Shown: positions 1-8,620 of the stretch, one piece after another
Position numbering within the stretch: position 1 is the first letter of the stretch
Layout of the letters: every line of letters begins with the position of its first letter
Origin: Candidatus Hydrogenedentota bacterium
GTDB taxonomy: Bacteria > Hydrogenedentota > Hydrogenedentia > Hydrogenedentales > SLHB01
Length of the DNA stretch: 64,000 nucleotides
Direction: 5' to 3'
Assembly (NCBI GenBank): GCA_045863335.1
Contig: BTVY01000004.1
Coordinates: forward strand, 32,001-96,000
Notes under the pieces: generated by a model
Told to the model about the DNA's origin: nothing
What the model saw: the letters and a program-made list of their open reading frames with translations, nothing else
Database searches by the model: none
Program-made: the position numbers and the translations under genes

Positions 1-434
1 CGACGGATTGCGTCTGCACAGATGAAGCGTACGTCACTTGCGGTGAATGTAAAATGACCAGAGGCCAGAACGTGCAGTCCCAACGCTTCAGCACTGTTTG
101 TGACTATATCAAGAAGCGTGAAAGAACTCCTGATCGCTTCGCAATCCACCGCGCATTTCGCTAAACGCTCAGTGCATAAACTGCGATCAAGTAGCGGCTC
201 GGCAAAGCTAGCTTCGGCCCGTGCACGAAAGCAGACTTGTTCGAGTGCGGCCGTAGCCCGCCATATTGAGCTTCGGCATTTGAAATCCTTTTGTTCCGGA
301 AGGACATTCGCTAAGCCGCATCGAAGCGCATAAAAGTAATCCCTTGATCGCAGATAACCACATGTCGCGTACGACCCTCTAAGTGCATCTGGCTTGAGTA
401 CCATCGCTCCTCTGAGGGTCGAGAGGGACGCCAT
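1..434 (-). CDS. Partial CDS running off the window; nucleoside-diphosphate-kinase-like protein
   Basis: Not in the ORF track. My translation from the ATG at 434 gives MASLSTLRGAMVLKPDALRG...AEALGLHVLASGHFTFTASDVRFI, open to the window edge. VLKPDA resembles the NDK N-terminal IKPDA motif. Directly downstream of the NUDIX gene on the same strand. Confidence 0.5.
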   Translation of the reverse strand, partial: MASLSTLRGAMVLKPDALRGSYATCGYLRSRDYFYALRCGLANVLPEQKDFKCRSSIWRATAALEQVCFRARAEASFAEPLLDRSLCTERLAKCAVDCEAIRSSFTLLDIVTNSAEALGLHVLASGHFTFTASDVRFICADAIR

Positions 435-444
435 GGCGGCTAGC

Positions 445-936
445 CTAGTCTTCGCGCAACTGCCCAGGACCGCACTTAAGTGTCCGAGCTTCCGGAACAA
501 AACCCTTTACTAAGTCATCTGCGAGCCAGTCACGTACCTCCAAAGGATACAGGGTGATAGAGTGTAGATCCTTAAACGAGACCCACATCGGTTCATGAAG
601 GTCGCCAGCCTTCGATTCCTCCAATTCCTCACCGCCCAAGGCGACTTGGCCTGAACAATAACTGCAGGCATAGAAGTAATGGTCACTATCGCCCACAAGG
701 TCGTGGTGGTAAAGGAGTCGATCGACGGACACGACTACCGAACACTCTTCCAGAATCTCCCGCACTACAGCTTCCTCAACCGATTCACCGCACTCTACCC
801 CCCCGCCGGGAAAAGTAAAATACACCCGGCCGTAGTGCGAACGTCTCATAAGCAAGACGGCCTGTTGGTGGAGAACGATTCCAACGGCGCGGGTGCCATT
901 CGGCTTATCTAATCGCGTTATTTGTTTCATACCCAT
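445..936 (-). CDS. NUDIX hydrolase
   Basis: Nudix box GGGVECGESVEEAVVREILEECSV. Confidence 0.9.
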   Translation of the reverse strand: MGMKQITRLDKPNGTRAVGIVLHQQAVLLMRRSHYGRVYFTFPGGGVECGESVEEAVVREILEECSVVVSVDRLLYHHDLVGDSDHYFYACSYCSGQVALGGEELEESKAGDLHEPMWVSFKDLHSITLYPLEVRDWLADDLVKGFVPEARTLKCGPGQLRED

Positions 937-1065
937 GCTTCACATTATTCTCAGCTACCGCCTTCGACTATCACGTAGACTGTCCCATTGCATACGGCAC
1001 TGCTTTATATGCCCCCCGGGAAACATCCGTACAGCCCACACTAAACCGTAAATTGGTGTCGAAAC

Positions 1066-2136
1066 TTACGACATTCCATTCACCAAAGCCTCCCACATTC
1101 TGGCCACGTGTTCCGAGGAGAGCTCCTCCGCTTCCTGCCGTGCTCTGACGCCCATCTTCGCTCTTAGCGAACAACAACTCAACAGCCTGCAAATGAGCTC
1201 GGTAAATTTTGCTTCGGTTGCAGGAACTTCAGGATCGCCAGCGACAAGATAACCTGTAGTACCTTCACGTACCCGCTCGGCTAAAGCTTCATAGTCGCTC
1301 AGGATGCATGGCGTGCCCGCGGCGGCGCTTTCAGCGGCGCTCAAACAAAACATTTCAGGGAAGCGGCAGGGGTAAATCATCAAAGCGGCCGATGCTTGTA
1401 TACATCGTAAGGCGTCTTTTGGGATCACTCCAAGCACCTCTACATTATAGCCTCCTGAAGTCAGCTTGTGAAGCAGGCGGTGATAGGGCTCCTCTCTGTC
1501 CTTTGCCTCTTCTGCTGTATAGCCCCACTGCTGATATCCACCTGTAACCCTCAGTAAAGCACTAGGGTGCCGATCCTGCACGCTCGGCCACAGACGCGCT
1601 ACAATATCTAATCCGCGGTTGGGCATGCTGCTGAAAAGACAAACCAGGTCGCGTTTTTCATGAGGAACAGGATTATACAAGTCGTAATCCACCGGAAGGG
1701 GTATGTACGATAGCCAGTTTGATGGAACCCCTGCGTCCCCTAGAACACGAGCCATCGCCCTTGAAGCAACAACGATTCTCGCTGCCCTGGGCCGGTACGT
1801 ACTTGCGAAGCGGCGTGAGCCTGAAGTCCGGTTGTCTAGCATCCAGAACAGTGTGGCCAGACGGCCGTGGGTGGGCTGTATCGCTTCTTCGCAGCGAACT
1901 GCGACGTACACATCCGGCGCTGGTGCTACTGACCACTCGTGAAGCAAATGCCAGTAGACCCCGTCGTAGCGGCCGGGTCTTAGACACGCATTAAACACGT
2001 GTATCTCATGTCCGAGCTTAGCCAAGGCTCGAGTCAACGTTACGAGGCAGCTTTCTCCACCGCCCAACCCAGGCATTTCGTAATCTGCGGGGGAAAAGGC
2101 AAAACGCTTGGGATAGTAAAAGTGCCATCTAGTCAC
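1066..2136 (-). CDS. Glycosyltransferase family 4 (GT-B)
   Basis: GGGE..LARALAKLGHEIHV at the N-terminus; FSSMPNRGL and YPCRFPEMFCLSAAESAAAGTPCI in the C-terminal domain. Confidence 0.85.
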   Translation of the reverse strand: MTRWHFYYPKRFAFSPADYEMPGLGGGESCLVTLTRALAKLGHEIHVFNACLRPGRYDGVYWHLLHEWSVAPAPDVYVAVRCEEAIQPTHGRLATLFWMLDNRTSGSRRFASTYRPRAARIVVASRAMARVLGDAGVPSNWLSYIPLPVDYDLYNPVPHEKRDLVCLFSSMPNRGLDIVARLWPSVQDRHPSALLRVTGGYQQWGYTAEEAKDREEPYHRLLHKLTSGGYNVEVLGVIPKDALRCIQASAALMIYPCRFPEMFCLSAAESAAAGTPCILSDYEALAERVREGTTGYLVAGDPEVPATEAKFTELICRLLSCCSLRAKMGVRARQEAEELSSEHVARMWEALVNGMS

Positions 2137-2810
2137 TGTATGAGCCCTCGGCGCCTACAACGATCAAAGTGCTCGAGAACGATTTCTGTCAGAACTTCCG
2201 GTTCTACGCCATCGGTATTCAGGACCAGTACATCTGGTACATTTTCTTGAAGAAGGCGGAGAAGGCTTAGGTCCCATTCTTCAAATACGGATTGGTCGTA
2301 CTCCAAGAACCTGTAATTCTCTACCTTGGTGGTGCGGCCATTCTCAAAGTCACTTCTATGGCGGAGGATTCTCACCTGGAATGGCGTTGTCAGAAAAGCA
2401 CATCCGCCGTAACAAACAAGCAAAGACCGGAACGCTTCAAAGAAGTTCGTCATAATCGTGTCAGAGTCGATGATGGCTTTTGCCCAGGCCCTGTAGTGAG
2501 AACTCACCTTTACAGTGGTGTTACCGTTCCGCTCGCAAAAAAGTATGCCGTCTACAAGCGGTCCGAGCAAATAAACACTGCGCTTCAGCGTTTTCTCTAA
2601 CCGCGAGGAGCGTCCAACCCCTGCAAGGTATGTCAGGCGGCAGTCAAGATACTGAAGCGGTGACCGAACAAGAGGACCAATGACAACTGAAATCGGTCGC
2701 ATGCACCGCTCGCCCAGCGCGCTCGCGAGATGCCGAGCGAGCGTCTTCTTTCCCGAGCAATCGAGCCCTTCTATTAGATACGGGCGGCAATTGCGACGAT
2801 GTAGCATCAT
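2133..2810 (-). CDS. Thymidylate/nucleoside-monophosphate kinase-like P-loop protein
   Basis: LIEGLDCSGKKTLA matches the dTMP-kinase-type P-loop. 4-bp overlaps with both neighbours. Confidence 0.7.
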   Translation of the reverse strand: MMLHRRNCRPYLIEGLDCSGKKTLARHLASALGERCMRPISVVIGPLVRSPLQYLDCRLTYLAGVGRSSRLEKTLKRSVYLLGPLVDGILFCERNGNTTVKVSSHYRAWAKAIIDSDTIMTNFFEAFRSLLVCYGGCAFLTTPFQVRILRHRSDFENGRTTKVENYRFLEYDQSVFEEWDLSLLRLLQENVPDVLVLNTDGVEPEVLTEIVLEHFDRCRRRGLIQ

Positions 2811-3982
2811 GACACCAGTCTTGGCGAAGATACGGTGTCATCTAAACTACCATGCGGGGCTAGGTACAAGGGTTCACCCACTCGGAGACTTTCCTGTACG
2901 AGCTGTTCTACTTGTGCCAAGGCCACCGTGCCAAGTGAAAGTAGATCAAGAAGGTGGAGAGGGCACGGTGGAGAACTAGCTACAAAGGCGTAATTCCACG
3001 AATCCTGCCCATCCGGCAGACAGTGTACAGGTTCTCTCGTTCTCAACGCAAAGCCAAGATCTTCGAGCGCAGACAGAGCCAAACCTATCCTCCCATATGT
3101 ATTGCCGAAATGAGTCACTCTTGCTCCAAGACAGGAGAGCACCGCCTCAACGATAGCGATGAGGCGTGCGCCCACTACCGTAGTCCCTGAGACAAGTCCT
3201 TCCGCGATGTCATGGAGGTTAGTACTCTTCACTGGCCCTGCCCTGCCCGATAGCGGGTCGATCACAATTTGGCAAAAGGTTCCGCTTCCCGCGGCCCACG
3301 CAACTCGGTATATGCTCAAGTCCTCTGAATGCCCGAAAGCTAGTTTTGTATACTCAGAAGCATGGTCAGCAATGGCCATTCGCGCGAGGACGGACTCAAT
3401 AGTCCGAGCGTAGGAATCCAAAACCCGGGCAATGACAAAACGTTCTGGAGCCTTTGTTAGACTCCGTAAGTGGACATCGGGTAACGAACAGAAGACATAT
3501 CTTGAAAGGTCAAAATTGCTCATGTTCACAACTTCACCCAAAGTTGTATTTCCACTTTCACTGAGATTAGTCCTCAGACAGTCATACTGCATCGCTACTG
3601 CATTTCTTTCAGACGCCGTAAGTCCAGAACCGGATCGCACCCCGTTGTCAAACACTGGGTGGAGAAACTGCCAAGCCAAGTGCGAGGGCATCCACCATGG
3701 CACGTATGCAAGAAAACTTGGGAGTTCGAACAGATTGGCACGCACGGCATCACTCGACGGTAGGGTTGGAATACCCGTACCGCTGAAGCGGATAAACCTG
3801 AGCGTGCATCCTCCCCCTTTTCGCGGTACCTCGTTTAATATTCCGATGTTCTCGCGAACGATACTAATATGTCGGTGATAATATACGGGCATGCGGGATG
3901 ATGGGTTCACTGTAGGATGCCACCCATCGGTATAGGAGAAGCTCCCAGAGTACTCTACTGCCGTCACTGGAGTAACTCCCAA
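2807..3982 (-). CDS. Hypothetical protein in the nucleotide-modification operon
   Basis: 391-aa ORF overlapping both neighbours; no motif recognised. Confidence 0.65.
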   Translation of the reverse strand: MGVTPVTAVEYSGSFSYTDGWHPTVNPSSRMPVYYHRHISIVRENIGILNEVPRKGGGCTLRFIRFSGTGIPTLPSSDAVRANLFELPSFLAYVPWWMPSHLAWQFLHPVFDNGVRSGSGLTASERNAVAMQYDCLRTNLSESGNTTLGEVVNMSNFDLSRYVFCSLPDVHLRSLTKAPERFVIARVLDSYARTIESVLARMAIADHASEYTKLAFGHSEDLSIYRVAWAAGSGTFCQIVIDPLSGRAGPVKSTNLHDIAEGLVSGTTVVGARLIAIVEAVLSCLGARVTHFGNTYGRIGLALSALEDLGFALRTREPVHCLPDGQDSWNYAFVASSPPCPLHLLDLLSLGTVALAQVEQLVQESLRVGEPLYLAPHGSLDDTVSSPRLVS

Positions 3983-5442
3983 GGGGTTAAGGGTGACTCG
4001 CGAAGTAACTCACGATAGACGGCCAGATTACGGTCCAGTTCATTTCTTTTTGCATCCGTGCTCCCGGAGCGAGGCAGGTGATGGACGTGGAAAACACCAG
4101 TACTAAGAACTGGGCTCACGAAGAAACCTCGCGCAATCATCTTAGCTGCAAAACTGACGTCTTCGGGCCCCCAACCTTCGAAAGCTTTGGCAAATCCTAC
4201 CTCTGTCGCCGCGTTGCGTCTAATACTGAAGTTGTTGCCTTTGACCATAAAAGGAAGGTCTACGGGCCCCAAATTCGAGTAGTATCCAAAAGTACGAAAG
4301 TTATCAGTAGATGCCAGCGGGGTAACCCTAACTCGTTCTGGTACTTGCCGGAGTCCCGGCCAGTTCGCGGGGTAAGTGGCAACAGTTCGAGAATCAAGCG
4401 ACGTGTCTGGGAGACGGTCCGGGATCGCAGTGTTGTTGATGTCCTCTCTCAAGGACACAAGTATCAGGTTCGGAAAAACCCTGTGCCTCAACCAGTGATT
4501 TATGATGTAATTCCGCGAGAGGTACGTATCTGCATCCAAGAAGAAGACAATACTGCCCCGCGCAACAGCGAGTCCCAGATTTCTGGCTCCCGCGCAATGC
4601 TGGCGGGAGGTAGAACGGATAACTGCGACCGAAGGACTAATCTTAGTAAAGTCACACTTGGTAGTACAGCCGTCATCAACAACGATGATCTCCGCCTTCA
4701 CGTTGTGCGGAAGTGGCTCTAAAGCGAGCAACACCGATGACACAGTGTTCGCTATTGTGCTATCAGCGCGATAGCAGGGGATGACAAACGAGATGGTATC
4801 TGAAACGAGGTCGAAGTGGGAAGGAGTATGGTGACAGTCGCCGTAGACGAAGTCGACGTTGAAGAGCGATTGACAGAGATGTGCTGCCAATGAATAGTCA
4901 TTGGATTTCCTTTGGAGAAAGTCAACCGTAGTCCCAAAAGAGGCAGACTGGGAAACAGGTGTAAGGTAGCCGAGGCACGAAAGAGCGTCAGTTCCTGCGT
5001 GAATCGGGAAAGCTGCTGCAACAGAGCATGAGGCAAGGTCCCTTGATGCGAACCGACGCAAGTTCTCTAGGGTCACTGGTACGAAGCCTTGAGTTGCCCA
5101 AAAACATCGTGATTCTCGAGCCTTTGTCTCTAACAATAACGTAAAGTTTTCGCAATCTCGAAGTTCGGGAGCGCTAAGAAGGGCAAAAGTTGAGTTCGTG
5201 TTGATAGAGAAGGACTGCCCAGAGGACGAGAGGCGAAGTGATGGGTAGCCGGGTGGTCTGAGGAGCAAGAGCTCGGAATGTCCGAGGCGCCAAAGAATAC
5301 TAGGAATCAACGGAGGCATACCGGCGCAATGAAAATGCGATAAGTCATCCATAGCACGCCCTGTCCTGGGGTGGTTGCACATTTGGAAAGGTATGCTTGA
5401 CCATGTTCGAGGCAGCATCTCCTCAGCTCTCAAAATGAGCAC
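3964..5442 (-). CDS. Glycosyltransferase family 2 with an N-terminal extension
   Basis: ISFVIPCYR, IIVVDDG, AGARNLGL, FFLDAD, GWGPED motifs. Confidence 0.88.
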   Translation of the reverse strand: MLILRAEEMLPRTWSSIPFQMCNHPRTGRAMDDLSHFHCAGMPPLIPSILWRLGHSELLLLRPPGYPSLRLSSSGQSFSINTNSTFALLSAPELRDCENFTLLLETKARESRCFWATQGFVPVTLENLRRFASRDLASCSVAAAFPIHAGTDALSCLGYLTPVSQSASFGTTVDFLQRKSNDYSLAAHLCQSLFNVDFVYGDCHHTPSHFDLVSDTISFVIPCYRADSTIANTVSSVLLALEPLPHNVKAEIIVVDDGCTTKCDFTKISPSVAVIRSTSRQHCAGARNLGLAVARGSIVFFLDADTYLSRNYIINHWLRHRVFPNLILVSLREDINNTAIPDRLPDTSLDSRTVATYPANWPGLRQVPERVRVTPLASTDNFRTFGYYSNLGPVDLPFMVKGNNFSIRRNAATEVGFAKAFEGWGPEDVSFAAKMIARGFFVSPVLSTGVFHVHHLPRSGSTDAKRNELDRNLAVYRELLRESPLTPWELLQ

Positions 5443-5550
5443 ACATACCGCGATGGGTCAGCACATGGAGAGCTTTAGCAATTGCAGTATAGCAGACGGC
5501 GTACCAAAGGACATCGTCTTTAAGGAACTTTGTTTAAGAAGCTGACCTTC

Positions 5551-5799
5551 AGTAGACTTCGAGACTTCAGGGACTTCACCCGGGGCCTGGTCTCCCCCTT
5601 GCCAATCTCCCCCTGTCCGATAGAATGGAATGGCCCATCGAGTCAGTCTGAAAAATCGTTTTCCTCTTGACCACCTTCCGGCAAAATGACGTTTTCCTCG
5701 GCAGTTGTACGGCAATGTTTGATCACTCCGGCAAGCATTACCTCCAAAGTTCGAAGTCTGCCTCGATACGGGTCACAATAAGCCCAAACTTCGAACTTT
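5551..5799. repeat. Cassette boundary repeat A: GACTTCx3 motif, promoter, alternative recombinase C-tail (5643-5776, -) and attP-like site
   Basis: Homologous to 7088-7317 and to 8201-8260 plus 8719-8899. 15-bp inverted arms 5746-5760 and 5785-5799 (1 mismatch) centred on GT 5772-5773. Confidence 0.88.
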
Positions 5800-5893
5800 A
5801 GAATTTGGCTCAACGAAGCCATTTATGAGGAACGAAAAACCGTAGATTCTGAGGATTTTTGCCTTGTCTCATTGAATCCACTCGGGAATCGAA

Positions 5894-6418
5894 CTAACTT
5901 TTCGAATTGGCTTGTTGGTTTTGATTTAAGTGAAGGTACTGCACATATTTCTCTCTTATTTCGGGTAGCCGCTCTAGGTTCCCCCGGCTTAGGATGGAGA
6001 CGAGCTCGTCAATCAAGGATAGGGTATCTTTGATTGGTTTTAATGCGGATCGCGGATTCATTCTAAGATGCAACGCTACCCGTTCGAGTGTGGGCGTGTT
6101 CGATTTGGGTTGAGTGCCGTCATGGCGTGTATGGATGGTGAAGAGTTCTTCTTCATCCTGAACAAATTCAAATAATTGCTGGTGGGTTTTCTTAGTGGAA
6201 TTCTCGGACGAATCTTCGTTCTCCATAGAATCAAGGGCTGAACCAATAGAATCCAACAACTGAGTGTTGAGAGCTTGGAGTTTCTTGCGAGCATCCGGAA
6301 GTTCGAGTCCCGTTGACCCTTCTAACCCCCTTAATTGTGCCTCAAGATCTGTGTATGTCATTAGCCTAAGAATATAGAAACAGGGCACAGCCCGCAAGAC
6401 TCTGCCCTGTTTCATCAA
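5894..6418 (-). CDS. Hypothetical protein (cassette cargo)
   Basis: ORF track; the real start may be the downstream MTYTDLE. Confidence 0.55.
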   Translation of the reverse strand: MMKQGRVLRAVPCFYILRLMTYTDLEAQLRGLEGSTGLELPDARKKLQALNTQLLDSIGSALDSMENEDSSENSTKKTHQQLFEFVQDEEELFTIHTRHDGTQPKSNTPTLERVALHLRMNPRSALKPIKDTLSLIDELVSILSRGNLERLPEIREKYVQYLHLNQNQQANSKS

Positions 6419-6420
6419 AA

Positions 6421-6627
6421 TTATCTACTGGCAGGGTCGCTACACTCGTCGCAACTACCCCGATGCTCTACGCCGCTATTTCCGGTATCCTTCTCGACCC
6501 AGGCATGGCAATGGTCACTTTCTCCCTTGCCGGTAGAGAAGACATCAACTTGATGGCTTGATTCCTTGATGATTATGCGATCATCACCGCTACGATGTAC
6601 TTCGGGCTTTGGAGCCACTGTTTTCAC
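6421..6627 (-). CDS. Small hypothetical protein, His/Cys-rich C-terminus (cassette cargo)
   Basis: GGAG RBS adjacent to the GTG start; HCHAW and CDEC residues. Confidence 0.55.
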   Translation of the reverse strand: MKTVAPKPEVHRSGDDRIIIKESSHQVDVFSTGKGESDHCHAWVEKDTGNSGVEHRGSCDECSDPASR

Positions 6628-6761
6628 CTCCTTCGTCTTCGTTGAGTGTCAGTGCCTCCTCTTCTTGCACCCCAATTGTACCCGGCAATCTATCATTTTG
6701 TCCAATTTTAGGACAATTGAATTAAATCTCACTTCGTATGCGGTATATGCGGGATCGCATG

Positions 6762-6790
6762 CCAAAAGAGCCCCGATGGGGCTCTTTTGG
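6762..6790. terminator. Bidirectional rho-independent terminator
   Basis: CCAAAAGAGCCCC-gat-GGGGCTCTTTTGG hairpin directly after the stop of 6791-7039. Confidence 0.75.
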
Positions 6791-7039
6791 TTACGCTTTT
6801 TCTTCGATTTTTTCCAGTCGCCGGCGATGATCGCCAAGGTGGTCGGCAAAGTAATCCAAACGATTCTCGACACTGGTTAGCCTTAACTCTACCCGGGCTA
6901 ACCTGTTTTCAACTTTATCCAAACGATTCTCGACGCCATCGAATCTTTCGTCCACGGCATTAAATCGTTCGTCCACCGCGTCAAAACCGCATTTGACCAT
7001 CAGTGCTAAATCATCAAGAGTGGTTTTCTTCTTCGGCAT
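6791..7039 (-). CDS. Small coiled-coil protein with heptad repeats (cassette cargo)
   Basis: TTLDDLALMVKCGFDAVDERFNAVDERFDGVENRLDKVENRL; followed by a terminator. Confidence 0.75.
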   Translation of the reverse strand: MPKKKTTLDDLALMVKCGFDAVDERFNAVDERFDGVENRLDKVENRLARVELRLTSVENRLDYFADHLGDHRRRLEKIEEKA

Positions 7040-7087
7040 ATTACTTTAAGTTTAATGCTTGTGTGTTGTCTGTCAAGATTGAAAAAC

Positions 7088-7317
7088 AGTAGACTTCCGG
7101 ACTTCGGGGACTTCACCTGGGGTCTACCCACCTCTTGCCAATCTCCCTCTGTCCGATAGAATGAAGTGGCCGATAGGATTAGTCTAAAAACTCCTCTTCC
7201 TCTTGACCATCCTTCGGTACCGAAGCAAAATCAGCCATGTGTGTACCGCAATATTCGACCACTCCGGCAAAGATTGAGTCCAAAGTTCGAAACCTGCCTC
7301 TATACGGGTCACAATAA
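7088..7317. repeat. Cassette boundary repeat B, with alternative recombinase C-tail at 7179-7312 (-)
   Basis: Encodes DPYRGRFRTLDSIFAGVVEYCGTHMADFASVPKDGQEEEEFLD*. Shares GGGTCACAATAA with repeat A. Confidence 0.88.
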
Positions 7318-7385
7318 TTTGCCTCCGGCGGCAAAAAATACCACCTAGACAAGGTGAAAATTTGTGTCAAAAGACACCCTTAGGA

Positions 7386-7541
7386 CTACTTAGTCTGGTT
7401 GTTCTGATACTCCGATTCCTCGACTATTTTATAGGCAACCTCGACAAACCGCCTGAGATTCTCTTCGGCTGCCTCAAGCCCATTATCCGAGAGTTGAGGG
7501 AACAATCGTCTTAATCGATTAAGACTTTCCTTGTGGGTCAT
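7386..7541 (-). CDS. Small protein paralogous to the ORF upstream of the recombinase
   Basis: LFPQLSDNGLEAAEENLRRFVEVA versus LYPELSEEQLEIAEENLRRFVEVA in 10325-10564. Confidence 0.7.
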   Translation of the reverse strand: MTHKESLNRLRRLFPQLSDNGLEAAEENLRRFVEVAYKIVEESEYQNNQTK

Positions 7542-7579
7542 ATAAATCAAGGGATTATGGTTTATACACATCGACCATC

Positions 7580-7701
7580 TTGACAATCCCACCAAACCCG
7601 CTAGAATGAAGATGTGCTTGTGGGCGCAAGCCCCGTTCAGCTAAGGATTTCCTAAGCTGAAGGCAAGCACACCAAAGGAGCCCCTGTGGGGGCTTTTTTG
7701 G
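7580..7701 (+). ncRNA. Candidate small structured RNA with its own promoter and terminator
   Basis: TTGACA-16bp-TAGAAT (7580-7607). Then a GTGCTTG...CAAGCAC closing stem enclosing GGGC-GCAA-GCCC and TTCAGCT...AGCTGAA hairpins, then an AGCCCC...GGGGCT-TTTTT terminator. Confidence 0.5.
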
Positions 7702-8163
7702 TTACTCATCTTCGATATTCTTGTCATGTAACCGTTGGCCATTCTTGAGTTTTGAATCCGGCATGACGCTCCAGAAAATAATATTGCCGTCACCAATCCG
7801 TCTGAGAATTACCCGGATCTTGATTTTATTCTGGCCAGTGATGGCGGCGAAGCCCCAGTAGGTAGTCTGCTTCAAGGCAGTGAAGCCACTTTTGGATTTC
7901 TTGCCAATCGGACTCATCGTTTCGCGGAATTCTTGAAGAGTTCCTGATTTCCGAATCACATCAAGCGCTAGTGGCAGCAGGCGGAATTTAAGCATCTGCT
8001 CATCCTTGGACCGCTCTCGCCTGGCTGAAAATTGAAGATGATGAAAACCGTCCGAATTGAGTCTAATCGGAGACTGAAAATAAGGGCAGAGGATCTCCTT
8101 CTGGCGGGAGTAGATAGTCTCGGCCTTACGTTTGTATTCGGCGAACTTTTCCGCTTCAATCAT
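7702..8163 (-). CDS. Hypothetical protein, possibly a BECR/RelE-like nuclease fold (cassette cargo)
   Basis: Basic 153-aa protein with CPYF, GFHHL and IIFWSVMP motifs; the fold is an inference. Confidence 0.6.
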   Translation of the reverse strand: MIEAEKFAEYKRKAETIYSRQKEILCPYFQSPIRLNSDGFHHLQFSARRERSKDEQMLKFRLLPLALDVIRKSGTLQEFRETMSPIGKKSKSGFTALKQTTYWGFAAITGQNKIKIRVILRRIGDGNIIFWSVMPDSKLKNGQRLHDKNIEDE

Positions 8164-8200
8164 AGCGTCATCATAATATCGGCAAAAGCCGAGTCTGCCA

Positions 8201-8260
8201 AGTAGACTTCAAGACTTCAGGGACTTCACCTGGGGCGTACCCGCCTTTGCTAATCCTCCT
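8201..8260. repeat. GACTTCx3 part of boundary repeat C, separated from its promoter/tail part (8719-8899) by a ~460-bp insert
   Basis: AGTAGACTTCAAGACTTCAGGGACTTCACCTGGGG matches 5551 and 7088. Confidence 0.85.
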
Positions 8261-8365
8261 TTTATCCAAATGTGTGTGCACATTACCATAGACCCTTGAC
8301 GCGATTTGTAAGACTGGTAGTATTGACTCTAGATTCCACAACTAGAACCTAAGAGGAGAAATGAT

Positions 8366-8620
8366 ATGTTACTCAACAACACGGAGTTTTGGCTACTTGA
8401 GCACATCGAAAGAAATCAAACTGTGCCCAAAGAACTGTGCAACTTAGCCCGCAAGCTTGCGTCGTTAGGATTGCTTTGTCTTGGCTACCACAGAGACGGG
8501 ACTAAGGTTAAGGAGACGGGTAGTTTAACTTTCTTGGGGCGGCAGATTGTGAGATTGGAACGAATTGAGCGTAGTCCGTTTCGGTGCGCTCTTCAATCTT
8601 TCTTTGCACCTTTTATTTGA
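8366..8620 (+). CDS. Small hypothetical protein with its own promoter, RBS and terminator
   Basis: TTGACG..TAGTAT (8296-8323), AGAGGAG RBS, hairpin GCACCTA...TAGGTGC followed by a T-tract (~8652-8698). Confidence 0.6.
   Translation: MLLNNTEFWLLEHIERNQTVPKELCNLARKLASLGLLCLGYHRDGTKVKETGSLTFLGRQIVRLERIERSPFRCALQSFFAPFI

Noticed and set aside
5632-5780. Genuine tRNA-Glu gene
   Set aside because: Only end-pairing and GTTCGAA resemble tRNA. The length (~145 nt), T-arm spacing and lack of a cloverleaf do not fit.
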